Source: a virus. Taken from it: 64,000 nt of DNA. Below are positions 47,932-57,972 of the stretch, one piece after another. A program made the translations under genes and the position numbers. Each line of letters opens with the position of its first letter. Position 1 is the first letter of the stretch. The stretch covers positions 1 through 64,000 of IMG/VR virus record IMGVR_UViG_3300027863_001119; one strand, given 5' to 3'. The notes beneath the pieces are model-generated. The model saw nothing but the letters and a program-made list of their open reading frames with translations. It was not told where the DNA came from and ran no database searches.

Positions 47932-49335
47932 ATGGCAAGAACTTTTTCTAATATTGTAAATTCAATGATCTCTTTTATAAAAAGTGTAAAACCAACTATT
48001 GATACAAGTGAAGGGACGATTGTTAGAGATGTAATAATTGATGCTCCTTCTCAAGAGCTTGCAAAAATTTATTCCGAAATGGATACAATTTCTTTAAGTC
48101 AATCTCTTCTTACAGCTCCAGACTCAGTTCTTGATAAAATAGCTTCTAATTTAGGATTAGTTAGGAAAAATGCAAGACAGTCAAAAGGATATGTAACATT
48201 TTTCAGAAATACTGCACCTAGTTTTGATATAACAATTCCTGCTGGTACAGTAGTATCTACATCTCCTACCAATACTACGGAGGCACAGCGTTTTGTTACA
48301 TTATCAACTGTTACAATGTACACAGCGTTTTCACAAACCTATTTAAATCCCAACACTGGTGTATATGAAGTAACTGCGCCAATTGTATCTGTATTTCCGG
48401 GTGCAAATAGTGTTGTTGGTCCTTTATCTATTAATACTATTATTACTCCAATTACAGGAATCGAAGGATGTTATAATAAAGAGTCAACTACAGGAGGAAT
48501 GGATAGAGAAGACACAGAAACTTTTAGAAATAGGATTGCTTTAAAATGGAAAGGAAGTAATTTAGGAACTTTAAGCGGATTATTAAGTGATGTCTTAATG
48601 TTTTCAGAAGATGTAATTGATGCAAAAGTATTGGGGCACAATGATGTAGGGAGAGAAGATGCGGGAGCAGTAGATGTTTATGTAAAAGGATACAGAATAA
48701 GTAATACTCAAGAAGTTTTTTCTGCAGTATTAAATCCTTCATTTGACGAAATAGTTTTATCTAATCAACCCGTAAGAGAAATTTTTTATATAGCTCAAGG
48801 AGGAAGTGAGATTACTACTAATTATAGTTTTGTAAAAGACTCTGGAGCTTATGCGGGTTCAGTTAAAGGAAACGACAAAATAACCTTTAGTCCTCCTTTA
48901 TTTTCTTCTTCGGGATCTGTTATAGTAAATTACTCTTATAATTCTCTTATATCCGATTTGCAAAATTACCTTTTAAGAGAAGACAAATTAATTCAAAATG
49001 TAGATATTTTAGTAAAAGAAGCAATTGTCGTTCCTATTGTCTTAAATATAACAATTAGAGCTTTACCTGGTTATGACCAACTCAGTCTTGAAAGTTTAAT
49101 TAGAGATGAAATATCTTCCTTTATCGACAGTTTACATATAGGACAAGAATTACAACAAGCCGATATTGCAAGAGTAATTCTCAATACAAATGGAGTTGAT
49201 GATGTAAAGCTTCCATTTAATGAATTTAAAAGTGAAGATAATAGTATATTACCCAATAACTTTGGAAATCTTGAAATTCCGTTTAATTGTTTTCCTACAC
49301 TAAGTAATTTAACTATAAATTGGTTTACAGTATGA
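47932..49335 (+). CDS. Baseplate J/gp6-like wedge protein
   Basis: LDKIASNLGLVRK, IPAGTVV, GGMDREDTETFRNR, GAVDVYV, IGQEL...GVDDV. Confidence 0.85.
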   Translation: MARTFSNIVNSMISFIKSVKPTIDTSEGTIVRDVIIDAPSQELAKIYSEMDTISLSQSLLTAPDSVLDKIASNLGLVRKNARQSKGYVTFFRNTAPSFDITIPAGTVVSTSPTNTTEAQRFVTLSTVTMYTAFSQTYLNPNTGVYEVTAPIVSVFPGANSVVGPLSINTIITPITGIEGCYNKESTTGGMDREDTETFRNRIALKWKGSNLGTLSGLLSDVLMFSEDVIDAKVLGHNDVGREDAGAVDVYVKGYRISNTQEVFSAVLNPSFDEIVLSNQPVREIFYIAQGGSEITTNYSFVKDSGAYAGSVKGNDKITFSPPLFSSSGSVIVNYSYNSLISDLQNYLLREDKLIQNVDILVKEAIVVPIVLNITIRALPGYDQLSLESLIRDEISSFIDSLHIGQELQQADIARVILNTNGVDDVKLPFNEFKSEDNSILPNNFGNLEIPFNCFPTLSNLTINWFTV

Positions 49336-51374
49336 TTTTTATAAACTGGAAAGATTACGCAAACAGAAGTATAAACAGAATCCTATCTAGCTTATTTTCT
49401 TATCTTTCATCTCGTTGGTATCCTGTAAATATTATTGGGTCTAATATATACAATATACTAAAAATGTATGCAGATCAAATATCTTCTGCTTCTATCGAAA
49501 GTTTTCAATTATTTAATGATCTTTTTATTGAAGGAGTAAGAACTACTCCTTTTCCTACTGACAGAAGTAGTAGTAAAATGTATGAGAACTTTGGTTATTT
49601 ATTTGAAGTTAGTAAAAATATAAGTCAAGAATATGAAATTCATAATTATATTTTACAAGGATACAGACAACAACTTCGATTTATATCAGAGGCTCTCTTT
49701 GATAGTACTACAATTAAAAGTATCCATCAAGTAGGACAAGCTTACAACGGAGTTTCTCCTTTAGTCAGAGAGTCTGTAAGAGATGTTTTAGGATGGAAGT
49801 TACAAACTGTTACAGGTTCTATATTGAGTACAGGAGATAATTTAGTAATTCTTGATGCAGAAATACCTAAAAAAGGAAATCTTTACTATACTAATCTTCC
49901 GGCGAGTGTAGGAGATCCTTATTTATATACATATTCTAAACTTGGTTTTAATACGAAATTGTTAGGAAAGAAACGTTATAATAGTGGAATTAATTGCACT
50001 TTATTCTTAGATAGTACTATTGCTACAAGTAGTATAGTTCGAAGTATAGAAAATTCTATTAATAATGTTTTAAAAGTAGATATAATTCCTTATTATGATG
50101 TTTCTGATAAAATATCTATATGGAAACCTTCTCCTATGAGTATACCTTCTTATTCTTCTGACTTATTTATGTATGCAAGTGGAGGGTACATTTATAATAC
50201 TCAACAAGTTCTTTTTTGGAGAGATCCAATATATGAGACAGATCCTCACGTTTCTTTAATAGATATTCCTTCCTATAAAGGCGCTTTAACATCTGGTTAT
50301 TTAGGAATTGTGGATATAAACCCTGACATTACTTATTATTATGATTGGTCTGTTTTACTAAGAAATGACGCAAGATATAAAGTTTATATGAGATCTTATC
50401 CTGGACAACCAATTCCAAGAACAGTTTACTTTAGAGAATATTTACCAGGATATAATAAGTTTAGTCTTTTATCTGACATAGAATCTTCAAAAGATTTACA
50501 ACCTATTAATCACTTAATATTTAATAAACTAAATGAAGTAGAAGATATTTCGACTGTAAATAATTTAACTCTTTGGACTAGTGGATCTTTTAAAACTACT
50601 TACATAAGAGGAAGAGAACCTTTAAAATTAGGGTGGAAACTAAGTTCTGGGTCTTTAATTTTAATATATAATGATGTCGCTTTGGATTTATCTCAAACTA
50701 ACTTTTTATGGGAAGGATGGATTTATGGAATAGATACTACATTTCGAGGTGTATTTGTTTATAAATATGAAGATCTTCCTTCTCCTCACGAAATGACTGT
50801 TATACCGGAAAACAATGGGTATTCAATAGCGATAGAATCATATGATTTTCTTAGCGGGTTTTTTAGCTTTAATATAAACAATAGTGGTAGTATTACTACT
50901 GTAAGGGCAGATATTTCAGAGTATCTTGAAGAATTACCATATAGACCTCATTATTTTGCATGTCTAGGTATTGATAATGTTATTTATTTACAAGTAGATG
51001 ATAATTTAATATATTCAGAACAAATAACAGGAAGTATTCCTTCTATACCATCTGGGTATTTAAGAATTGATACTAATTCTATAGGAATAGGATTTGATGA
51101 AATAATGTTAAGTACAGGAAGTATTGTTCCTGGAGAATTAAGAAATCGTTTTTATGATACATTGCCTAAAATAACATCTCGTAAAATAATGAACCAAGAT
51201 ACGATACATCAATTTCAATTTAGAATAGAAGCAAATGTAAAAGAATTTGAGTTGCATCAATGTTCTATTAGAGGAGTAACTACATCTTCTATTCCATTAC
51301 CTTATTTTAAAATAGCTCACGAAGCATCTGGGTATGGTGATATATATTCCGAAGATTATGGAATATACCTATAA
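49332..51374 (+). CDS. Baseplate wedge (gp7/gpI-like) protein with C-terminal LamG-like domain
   Basis: ATGA overlap with baseplate J. MYENFG...YRQQL N-terminal motif and WEGWI...GFDEI concanavalin-like motif. Confidence 0.55.
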   Translation: MIFINWKDYANRSINRILSSLFSYLSSRWYPVNIIGSNIYNILKMYADQISSASIESFQLFNDLFIEGVRTTPFPTDRSSSKMYENFGYLFEVSKNISQEYEIHNYILQGYRQQLRFISEALFDSTTIKSIHQVGQAYNGVSPLVRESVRDVLGWKLQTVTGSILSTGDNLVILDAEIPKKGNLYYTNLPASVGDPYLYTYSKLGFNTKLLGKKRYNSGINCTLFLDSTIATSSIVRSIENSINNVLKVDIIPYYDVSDKISIWKPSPMSIPSYSSDLFMYASGGYIYNTQQVLFWRDPIYETDPHVSLIDIPSYKGALTSGYLGIVDINPDITYYYDWSVLLRNDARYKVYMRSYPGQPIPRTVYFREYLPGYNKFSLLSDIESSKDLQPINHLIFNKLNEVEDISTVNNLTLWTSGSFKTTYIRGREPLKLGWKLSSGSLILIYNDVALDLSQTNFLWEGWIYGIDTTFRGVFVYKYEDLPSPHEMTVIPENNGYSIAIESYDFLSGFFSFNINNSGSITTVRADISEYLEELPYRPHYFACLGIDNVIYLQVDDNLIYSEQITGSIPSIPSGYLRIDTNSIGIGFDEIMLSTGSIVPGELRNRFYDTLPKITSRKIMNQDTIHQFQFRIEANVKEFELHQCSIRGVTTSSIPLPYFKIAHEASGYGDIYSEDYGIYL

Positions 51375-51391
51375 AAAGAAAGGAGGAGTTT

Positions 51392-51865
51392 ATGAAAAAA
51401 TTATTATATTTTCTTTTATTTGTAGTTTTAACTTATATAAATGTAATTTCACAACAACGATTTGATCCACCTTCATCAAGAACACAATATTATAAATTAA
51501 GACAATGGGCTCAATCAGCAAGACCAAGTGCAGACTCGCTAAATAAAAATTGGACAGATATTGATAGTTTACTTAACGAATTAATTGTTTTTACAGATCC
51601 AAATCAATTACAAATAATAAATGATACTTTAAAGTTTTCTCCTTCTTTTTCAGGACAAAACTATTTTGTGGTTAACAAACAATATGATACTATTTATGTA
51701 CAAGGCATTAGACCACAAGATGTTGTTGTTGTAACTATATTAAATACAATACCAGATCCACAAGATGTATTAGGAGTTAGGATTGAAACCGATCGATTTA
51801 TTGTATCTAGACCTTCTACAAGTACAAGAGAATTATGGTATTGTTGGATTTGGATAAAGAAATAA
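51392..51865 (+). CDS. Signal-peptide-bearing small fibre-like protein
   Basis: MKK + hydrophobic stretch + VIS|Q, then TxxYxL...LNxNWxxID motif. Strong AGGAGG RBS. Confidence 0.6.
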   Translation: MKKLLYFLLFVVLTYINVISQQRFDPPSSRTQYYKLRQWAQSARPSADSLNKNWTDIDSLLNELIVFTDPNQLQIINDTLKFSPSFSGQNYFVVNKQYDTIYVQGIRPQDVVVVTILNTIPDPQDVLGVRIETDRFIVSRPSTSTRELWYCWIWIKK

Positions 51866-51881
51866 AGAAAGAAGATACTAT

Positions 51882-54704
51882 ATGAAAAGAATCATAATTA
51901 TCATTTTATTCTTATCACAAAATTTATTAGGACAGTTTGCAGGAGGAAGTGGTACTCAAAATGATCCTTATCTTATTTCTACCGCTCAACAATTTAATCA
52001 AATTCGTAACCAAGGTTCTAATACAACTGTTTATTACAAATTAATTAATGATATAAACTTAGATGATTTAGGAGTAGGTAGCGGAGGAAATTGGACTCCA
52101 ATAAATATATCTGCACGAGTATCTCTTGATGGAAATGGTCATGTTATAAGGAATATGAAAATGTATTATGAAGTTACGAGTGGTAATTATATAGGTCTTT
52201 TCTCAGGTGCTACTACTATTAGAGTATTCAATTTATCTTGTAAGAATTTTGAAATAGTAGACTCTACTTTAAATAATAATATGACAAATTCCTACATAGG
52301 ATTTATTGCTGGAAGATTCGGAACTTCTTTTTCTGATTTTAGAAATTTATTGTATAGAGTAATAGTTGATTCTTCAAAAATAATACTGAAAGAAAATTAT
52401 ATTAACATGCAAAATGGAGTCGGTGGAATTATAGGATATATTGGTACTACTACTTTAGATAGCGTAAAAGAATGTGCGATAAGAAATACTCTTATATGGA
52501 CAGCAGGGGATGGGACAAGCGGCGCAGGATTTTCAACAGGGGCAATTTGTGGTACAATTGTAGAAGGAGTAATTCAAAAATGTTTTGCAGAAAATGTACA
52601 TATAAAAGGAAGAAGATACTTAACATCTTCTGGAAATCTTGGAGCGTTTTTAGGATATATAGGATATTCTGCAAGTTCGAGTGGAAACGTAATAATAGAA
52701 GATTGTTTTTTCAAAGGTAAAATAACATTAACAACTAATTCTGGAGGAGCTACTGTAGGGTTTGTTACAGGAGTAGGATATTCAGGCGGAAGTCCTAATT
52801 TAATTATAAGAAGGTGTTATAGTACCACACAATTTGAAGGACCCGCGGGAGGTTTTACTAAATTAGGATGGTCTGGAGTTTCTCAAAACATATTCTATTC
52901 ATATTTTAATTATGAAATTTGTGGTACTCAAAAAAGCGCTTCTGTTTTAGTAAATTCTGATTCTGCTATAGCGAAGCTAACTGCAGAAATGAAAACTCAA
53001 AGTACTTATACAACATGGGATTTTGATAACACTTGGGCAATCGATCCTTCAATAAATGAAGGATATCCTTATTTAAGATGGGCTCCATTAACAAAGTATG
53101 ACACTTTAAAGTTTTTAAGTCCTTATCAAAATTCTTTATTTGTACAAGGGGATACTGTAAAGATTAAATGGTATTCTTCGAGAGATTCTGTAACTTTATT
53201 TGTATCTTTTTTGCAAGATTCTATTAATGTTTATAATAATACAACTTACCTTCTTCCTTTACCAGACTCAGCTCATAAATTTAACTTTACTATTATTGGA
53301 AAACCAATTACAAAAAATAATGTTGTTCCAATACCAGATACTTTATTTTTAAGTTATCTGCCAAATAGATATGTAGAAATTGATTCTTTATATATAAACA
53401 TATACGTTTTAAATCCAGTAAATTCCGGAAATTTTCAAAAAGACCTTAATGCAGTATTATCTTCAATGATTGTAGATACTGTAATACATGCAAAGATACT
53501 AAGCGTAGGATTAGATACTTTGGATGTAATATTTGTAACTCCTGATAGTATATTATATAGAGTTGGCTATTATAAAGTACAAGATACTACTCAAATACCG
53601 AATATTACTTACGTAGAAATTCCTTTAAGAATGTTTAGAAAAGGAATAGATGCTTGTGGTATGGTTAGAGTAGGAGAAAAGATGGCAGTAGTAGCTACTA
53701 CTCCTATACCAGAAGGAGGGTCTAGTATAACAGGATTTTCTGGTACATTAGGAAAAAGTGGAAAATCGAGTGGAGTATACTCTGGAGCATTTACTTATTT
53801 AGATATAGAAAAAGTTCTTAACTATCGTTTTGAAAGAATAAAAGTCGATATAAAGAAGGGCAAAACTTTGCCTAGTCCTTGTGGTTCATATTTTTGTTGT
53901 AATTACGTAGGAGGATTATTCTCTGGAATAATGTACATAGACTTAACTTGTGGATGGTATTCAAGTCCTCAAGGATGGACATCTAAAGATGGAAAAATGG
54001 TGGCGTGGGGGTACAACTTTACGGGTAAGAAAATAGAGCTTCCTATTTGGATACAACCATATCACAATAAAATAGTCTTTGAAGAAGAGTATCATTCTGA
54101 TTTTGTTTTACAAAGAAGTTGGTATACTTTTAAATACAAAGTAATAACAGTTTATGGTAGTACTACTTTTGATTGGAGTTGGTTTGACCCAGGTCGGTCT
54201 TTTTCTCAAAGTCAGGTTTTTTCTGATTATAATTATCATCCTACTTCAGTTCTTGTAAAAAATCCTTTTATATTCTTTGTTAATGAAAATAATGAATTGG
54301 TTACTCAAATAATCTTACCACATAAAACTTATGAGATTAAAACTTTCTTACCAGAATTATCAGAAAGAGGATTTCAACCACCATATGATATAGAATTCGA
54401 AATAATAGAAGGAAAACCCGTTTTATCTATATCAGATTCAAGAGATAATGCATTAGTAATGTTATTAGACGATCTCTTTAAACTATCTACAGAGGAGATA
54501 GAGAAGTTAGTTAATCCAGTTTTTATGACAAAAAAGATAAGTGTTAATATTATCAATAAACAATATTTATCACAGGATGTAATAAATTATTTATCAGAAA
54601 AGATACAAAATTGTGAATTTATTTATAATAGCAAAAGAAATTATTTTAGAGGAATACATCCAAAAATTTGGAAATATGGTAATCCTCAAGGAGAAAAAAA
54701 TTAA
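51882..54704 (+). CDS. Signal-peptide-bearing GLUG-like beta-helix adhesin-type protein
   Basis: MKRIIIIILFL...LLG|Q, FAGGSGTxxDPYLISTAxQ, VGGIIG repeats, WDFxxxW...NxGYPYL. Confidence 0.7.
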   Translation: MKRIIIIILFLSQNLLGQFAGGSGTQNDPYLISTAQQFNQIRNQGSNTTVYYKLINDINLDDLGVGSGGNWTPINISARVSLDGNGHVIRNMKMYYEVTSGNYIGLFSGATTIRVFNLSCKNFEIVDSTLNNNMTNSYIGFIAGRFGTSFSDFRNLLYRVIVDSSKIILKENYINMQNGVGGIIGYIGTTTLDSVKECAIRNTLIWTAGDGTSGAGFSTGAICGTIVEGVIQKCFAENVHIKGRRYLTSSGNLGAFLGYIGYSASSSGNVIIEDCFFKGKITLTTNSGGATVGFVTGVGYSGGSPNLIIRRCYSTTQFEGPAGGFTKLGWSGVSQNIFYSYFNYEICGTQKSASVLVNSDSAIAKLTAEMKTQSTYTTWDFDNTWAIDPSINEGYPYLRWAPLTKYDTLKFLSPYQNSLFVQGDTVKIKWYSSRDSVTLFVSFLQDSINVYNNTTYLLPLPDSAHKFNFTIIGKPITKNNVVPIPDTLFLSYLPNRYVEIDSLYINIYVLNPVNSGNFQKDLNAVLSSMIVDTVIHAKILSVGLDTLDVIFVTPDSILYRVGYYKVQDTTQIPNITYVEIPLRMFRKGIDACGMVRVGEKMAVVATTPIPEGGSSITGFSGTLGKSGKSSGVYSGAFTYLDIEKVLNYRFERIKVDIKKGKTLPSPCGSYFCCNYVGGLFSGIMYIDLTCGWYSSPQGWTSKDGKMVAWGYNFTGKKIELPIWIQPYHNKIVFEEEYHSDFVLQRSWYTFKYKVITVYGSTTFDWSWFDPGRSFSQSQVFSDYNYHPTSVLVKNPFIFFVNENNELVTQIILPHKTYEIKTFLPELSERGFQPPYDIEFEIIEGKPVLSISDSRDNALVMLLDDLFKLSTEEIEKLVNPVFMTKKISVNIINKQYLSQDVINYLSEKIQNCEFIYNSKRNYFRGIHPKIWKYGNPQGEKN

Positions 54705-54719
54705 TAAAGGAGGTTCAAA

Positions 54720-56693
54720 ATGGAGAGACCTTATTTTTTTAATGATCAGTTAGTTTTAAGCGAAGATTTAAATAGTATAAGTGATAGTCTTATTGGAAAC
54801 TTGCAAAATGTAATAAGATCCTTTTTAGGAAGAAGCGGGGGATACAATGAAGATCAACTTGTAACATATGGTAAAGATAAAGGCGGGGTTATAGGAAGTC
54901 CCTCAGAACACACTATGAATAAAAATCTAAAAGTAGTAAAAGTTCAAGATGATACAATAAGAATATATCCAGGGGCTGCTATATTAGATCCTGGAGAACT
55001 TATAGTTTTACCTGGAATTCTTACTATATCTAAAGGAGAGTCTTCACTTTATTATAGATGGACTTCTTCTCCTAATGATATTAATTATGTTAAAATTTCC
55101 TACGCAGAAGCTACTGGTAGTTTAAAAGCGGATGACTTAGGTGTATTACATCCTACAAGATACTATAGGTCTTTCTTTGTTTCAATAGATAATCTTCCTC
55201 CATCAACATCTTCTGAAATATTATTAGCAAGATTTCAAGCAGATGGTAATGGTAATATTGATTCAAGTGGTATAGAAGATACTAGATTGTATACAAAATG
55301 GTTTACTACTGCAGATTCTGTTGGAGTAGACCCTTATAAAGTTCCAGTACCTACTCACAAATCAGTTGCAGATCATATATATTCAACAGGGTCTGCAACT
55401 CCAACACCAAACAATCCTCATGGATTAAGTTTTGACGATCTTGGAGGAGATTTAAAATTATTACAAAAACGACACGCAACAGATTTACATGTAAATGGAA
55501 TTATCCCTATTGGAGTAAGAAACCAACAGACTCTTGATAGTTATAAAGGAGTAATCAATGATCAATATATTGGAGCATATATTTCTTTTAATCCTCCTTC
55601 TAATGCTTTTTTGTTAGTAAATGGTAATGTAATAACAGGAAGTTTACCTATTTTACGTGCATCTGATGCTCCGTCTGACGGTTTATATTTTGCAGTTGTA
55701 AACTCACAAGGAGGAGTTGAGTGGAAAGAATTTGATAGTTTTTTCCTTACTTATATTGATAATCTTTTTTCATTTAACTTAAATGGATATCATTATAGTA
55801 CAGGTCATAAAGGAATTGAATATTATCCATTAGGAGTTGCTGAAATAGCAGATGCGGGAGATGATATATTATCATGGACAGATTGTAGAACATTTTATGG
55901 AAATAATATACTTGACATTGCTGCAGATTATGAAGAGGGTGTACAAAATCCTTCTACATCTGAGTTAACATTAACTAGTTCTCTTAAAGATACATTGCAA
56001 AGATTACGCTATCAAATAGGAAAAGCACTTACTGGAACAGGCAGTAACTGGAAATCTTCCAATCCTTTAACAGCTGGACCTACTTCAGATGCAGATCCCT
56101 ACCATACTCATTTGAGTTTGCAAAATAAGAGTGATATTTATGTTATTCCTTATAGTCTTTTTGATCCATATATACCACCTACTCCTGCAAACCTTGATTT
56201 TGATCAATTTCTTGATGTTTGTCAATTTATACCATGGCATAATATTACTGGTAATCAAATATCTCAAGCAGATATAATTACGGGTAATCCCACTTCTGGC
56301 ACCGGAAGTTTTCAAATTACGATCAAAGAAAAAGGAATATATGAAGTAGCGCTTTGTAGTACTCATTATTGCTCTTATCAGGTTACGGGATCATATGGAA
56401 TGATTATAATTAAGCCATATCCTTCTGGAAGTATGCAACAACCACAGTGGCAGGTTGCTGGTTGGTCTTTTGCTCAGGTAGACTCACATTACACATATAA
56501 TTCTTTAATTACAAAAGCAATTGTAAATGTAGATGATACAAGTGGTATTTATAATAAGTTACTTGTAACTGGATATAATTATGTTACTCAACCTATCATT
56601 TGTATGAGAAACACGCGAAATTTATTTAATTTTAATGATCTACATGGAGGATATGCAACATATTTAAGAATAACTAAACTAAAGAATCAGTAA
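54720..56693 (+). CDS. Baseplate-associated fibre-attachment protein
   Basis: YFFNDQLVLSEDLN N-terminal motif, IYPGAA, NPHG, HTH fibre motifs. GGAGG RBS. Confidence 0.55.
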   Translation: MERPYFFNDQLVLSEDLNSISDSLIGNLQNVIRSFLGRSGGYNEDQLVTYGKDKGGVIGSPSEHTMNKNLKVVKVQDDTIRIYPGAAILDPGELIVLPGILTISKGESSLYYRWTSSPNDINYVKISYAEATGSLKADDLGVLHPTRYYRSFFVSIDNLPPSTSSEILLARFQADGNGNIDSSGIEDTRLYTKWFTTADSVGVDPYKVPVPTHKSVADHIYSTGSATPTPNNPHGLSFDDLGGDLKLLQKRHATDLHVNGIIPIGVRNQQTLDSYKGVINDQYIGAYISFNPPSNAFLLVNGNVITGSLPILRASDAPSDGLYFAVVNSQGGVEWKEFDSFFLTYIDNLFSFNLNGYHYSTGHKGIEYYPLGVAEIADAGDDILSWTDCRTFYGNNILDIAADYEEGVQNPSTSELTLTSSLKDTLQRLRYQIGKALTGTGSNWKSSNPLTAGPTSDADPYHTHLSLQNKSDIYVIPYSLFDPYIPPTPANLDFDQFLDVCQFIPWHNITGNQISQADIITGNPTSGTGSFQITIKEKGIYEVALCSTHYCSYQVTGSYGMIIIKPYPSGSMQQPQWQVAGWSFAQVDSHYTYNSLITKAIVNVDDTSGIYNKLLVTGYNYVTQPIICMRNTRNLFNFNDLHGGYATYLRITKLKNQ

Positions 56694-56740
56694 AATTTTG
56701 TATAATACAATTATTAATAAAAAAAAATTAGGAGATAATC

Positions 56741-57961
56741 GTGAAACTATTATTTATTACTGATGATATTCGTTTAAATACAGGAGTAGGAATACAAGCA
56801 AGAAAGTTGACCAAAGGATTAGCAAACTTAGGTTATGAAGTAGTAGTAATAGGGTGTGCATTAAATCATAAAGACCTAACTCCTGTTAAAGAAGATGTGT
56901 TAATATATCCAGTTAACATAGGTAGAGAGTATGGGGATAAGAACTTTGTAAGGTATGTTATTGATAAAGAGAAGCCCGACTTTATAATTCCTTTTTCTGA
57001 TCCTCGATTTTTTGGATACTTATTTAAAATGGATGATGAAATCAGAGAGTATAGTAGAATAGTATTTTACCATACTTGGGATAATGACCCTTTTCCAAAA
57101 TTTAACCTTCCTTTTTATGAATCTTGTGATGCGTTAGTAATGATTTCAAAATTTTCTTATGAATTAATGAAGGAAAATATTAAAGATAAACCAATTTATT
57201 GTGTTCAACATGGGTTTGATCCTACAGAATTTTATCCTTTACCACAAAACATTATTAGAAAAGAAAGAGAAAACTTAAAAAATCTTGTAAATATGGAAAA
57301 TCTTGAGTTCATTATATTTTGGAACAATAGAAATATTATAAGAAAAAGAGTAGGAGATGTTTTAATGATTTTTAAAGAATTTCATAAAACTCATCCACAC
57401 TCTTTACTTCTTATGAATACTGATCCAATAGATGTTGAAGGTATAGATATACTACAATTTCATAGAGATTTAGGATTTGAAAAAGTTCCAGTTGTTTATA
57501 ATTTTGAAAAAGTAAAGTCTGATAGGTTAAATTTATTCTACAATATAGCAGACGTAACGTTTACGATAACTTATAATGAAGGTTTCGGACTTTGTGTAGG
57601 AGAATCTTTATGTGCAGGAACTCCTGTTGTTGCGACTAAAACTGGTGGTATGACAGAGCAATTAACGGATGGGAACAAAGTATATGGAATATTGATGGAA
57701 CCCGATGTAAGAACTTTATTTGGAGTTCCCGGTGCATCTTATATATATCAAGATTATGTTTCATTTGACACTGCAATTAATTCTTTGCATACTATGTATA
57801 AAGAGCGCAAAACATTAAAAGAAACTATTGGAAAAGAAGCAAGAGAACACATCATATCTCATTTTCATATAAATCAAGTAATAGAAAAATGGGATAAAAT
57901 TTTAAAAGAACTTTATGAACAACCAAAATCTTATAAAAGAGTTAAATTAACAACAATATAA
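56741..57961 (+). CDS. GT-B (GT4-like) glycosyltransferase
   Basis: TGVG...HGFD...NRNxxRK...EGFGLxxxE...GTPVV. Confidence 0.88.
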   Translation: MKLLFITDDIRLNTGVGIQARKLTKGLANLGYEVVVIGCALNHKDLTPVKEDVLIYPVNIGREYGDKNFVRYVIDKEKPDFIIPFSDPRFFGYLFKMDDEIREYSRIVFYHTWDNDPFPKFNLPFYESCDALVMISKFSYELMKENIKDKPIYCVQHGFDPTEFYPLPQNIIRKERENLKNLVNMENLEFIIFWNNRNIIRKRVGDVLMIFKEFHKTHPHSLLLMNTDPIDVEGIDILQFHRDLGFEKVPVVYNFEKVKSDRLNLFYNIADVTFTITYNEGFGLCVGESLCAGTPVVATKTGGMTEQLTDGNKVYGILMEPDVRTLFGVPGASYIYQDYVSFDTAINSLHTMYKERKTLKETIGKEAREHIISHFHINQVIEKWDKILKELYEQPKSYKRVKLTTI

Positions 57962-57972
57962 AGAGAGGAATT

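Noticed and set aside
11686-49335. Bacterial extracellular contractile injection system or tailocin instead of a phage
   Set aside because: No eCIS AAA ATPase or host genes are visible, and the fibre chaperone, neck-like genes and GT cluster fit a large phage better. Not fully excluded because no capsid gene is in the window.
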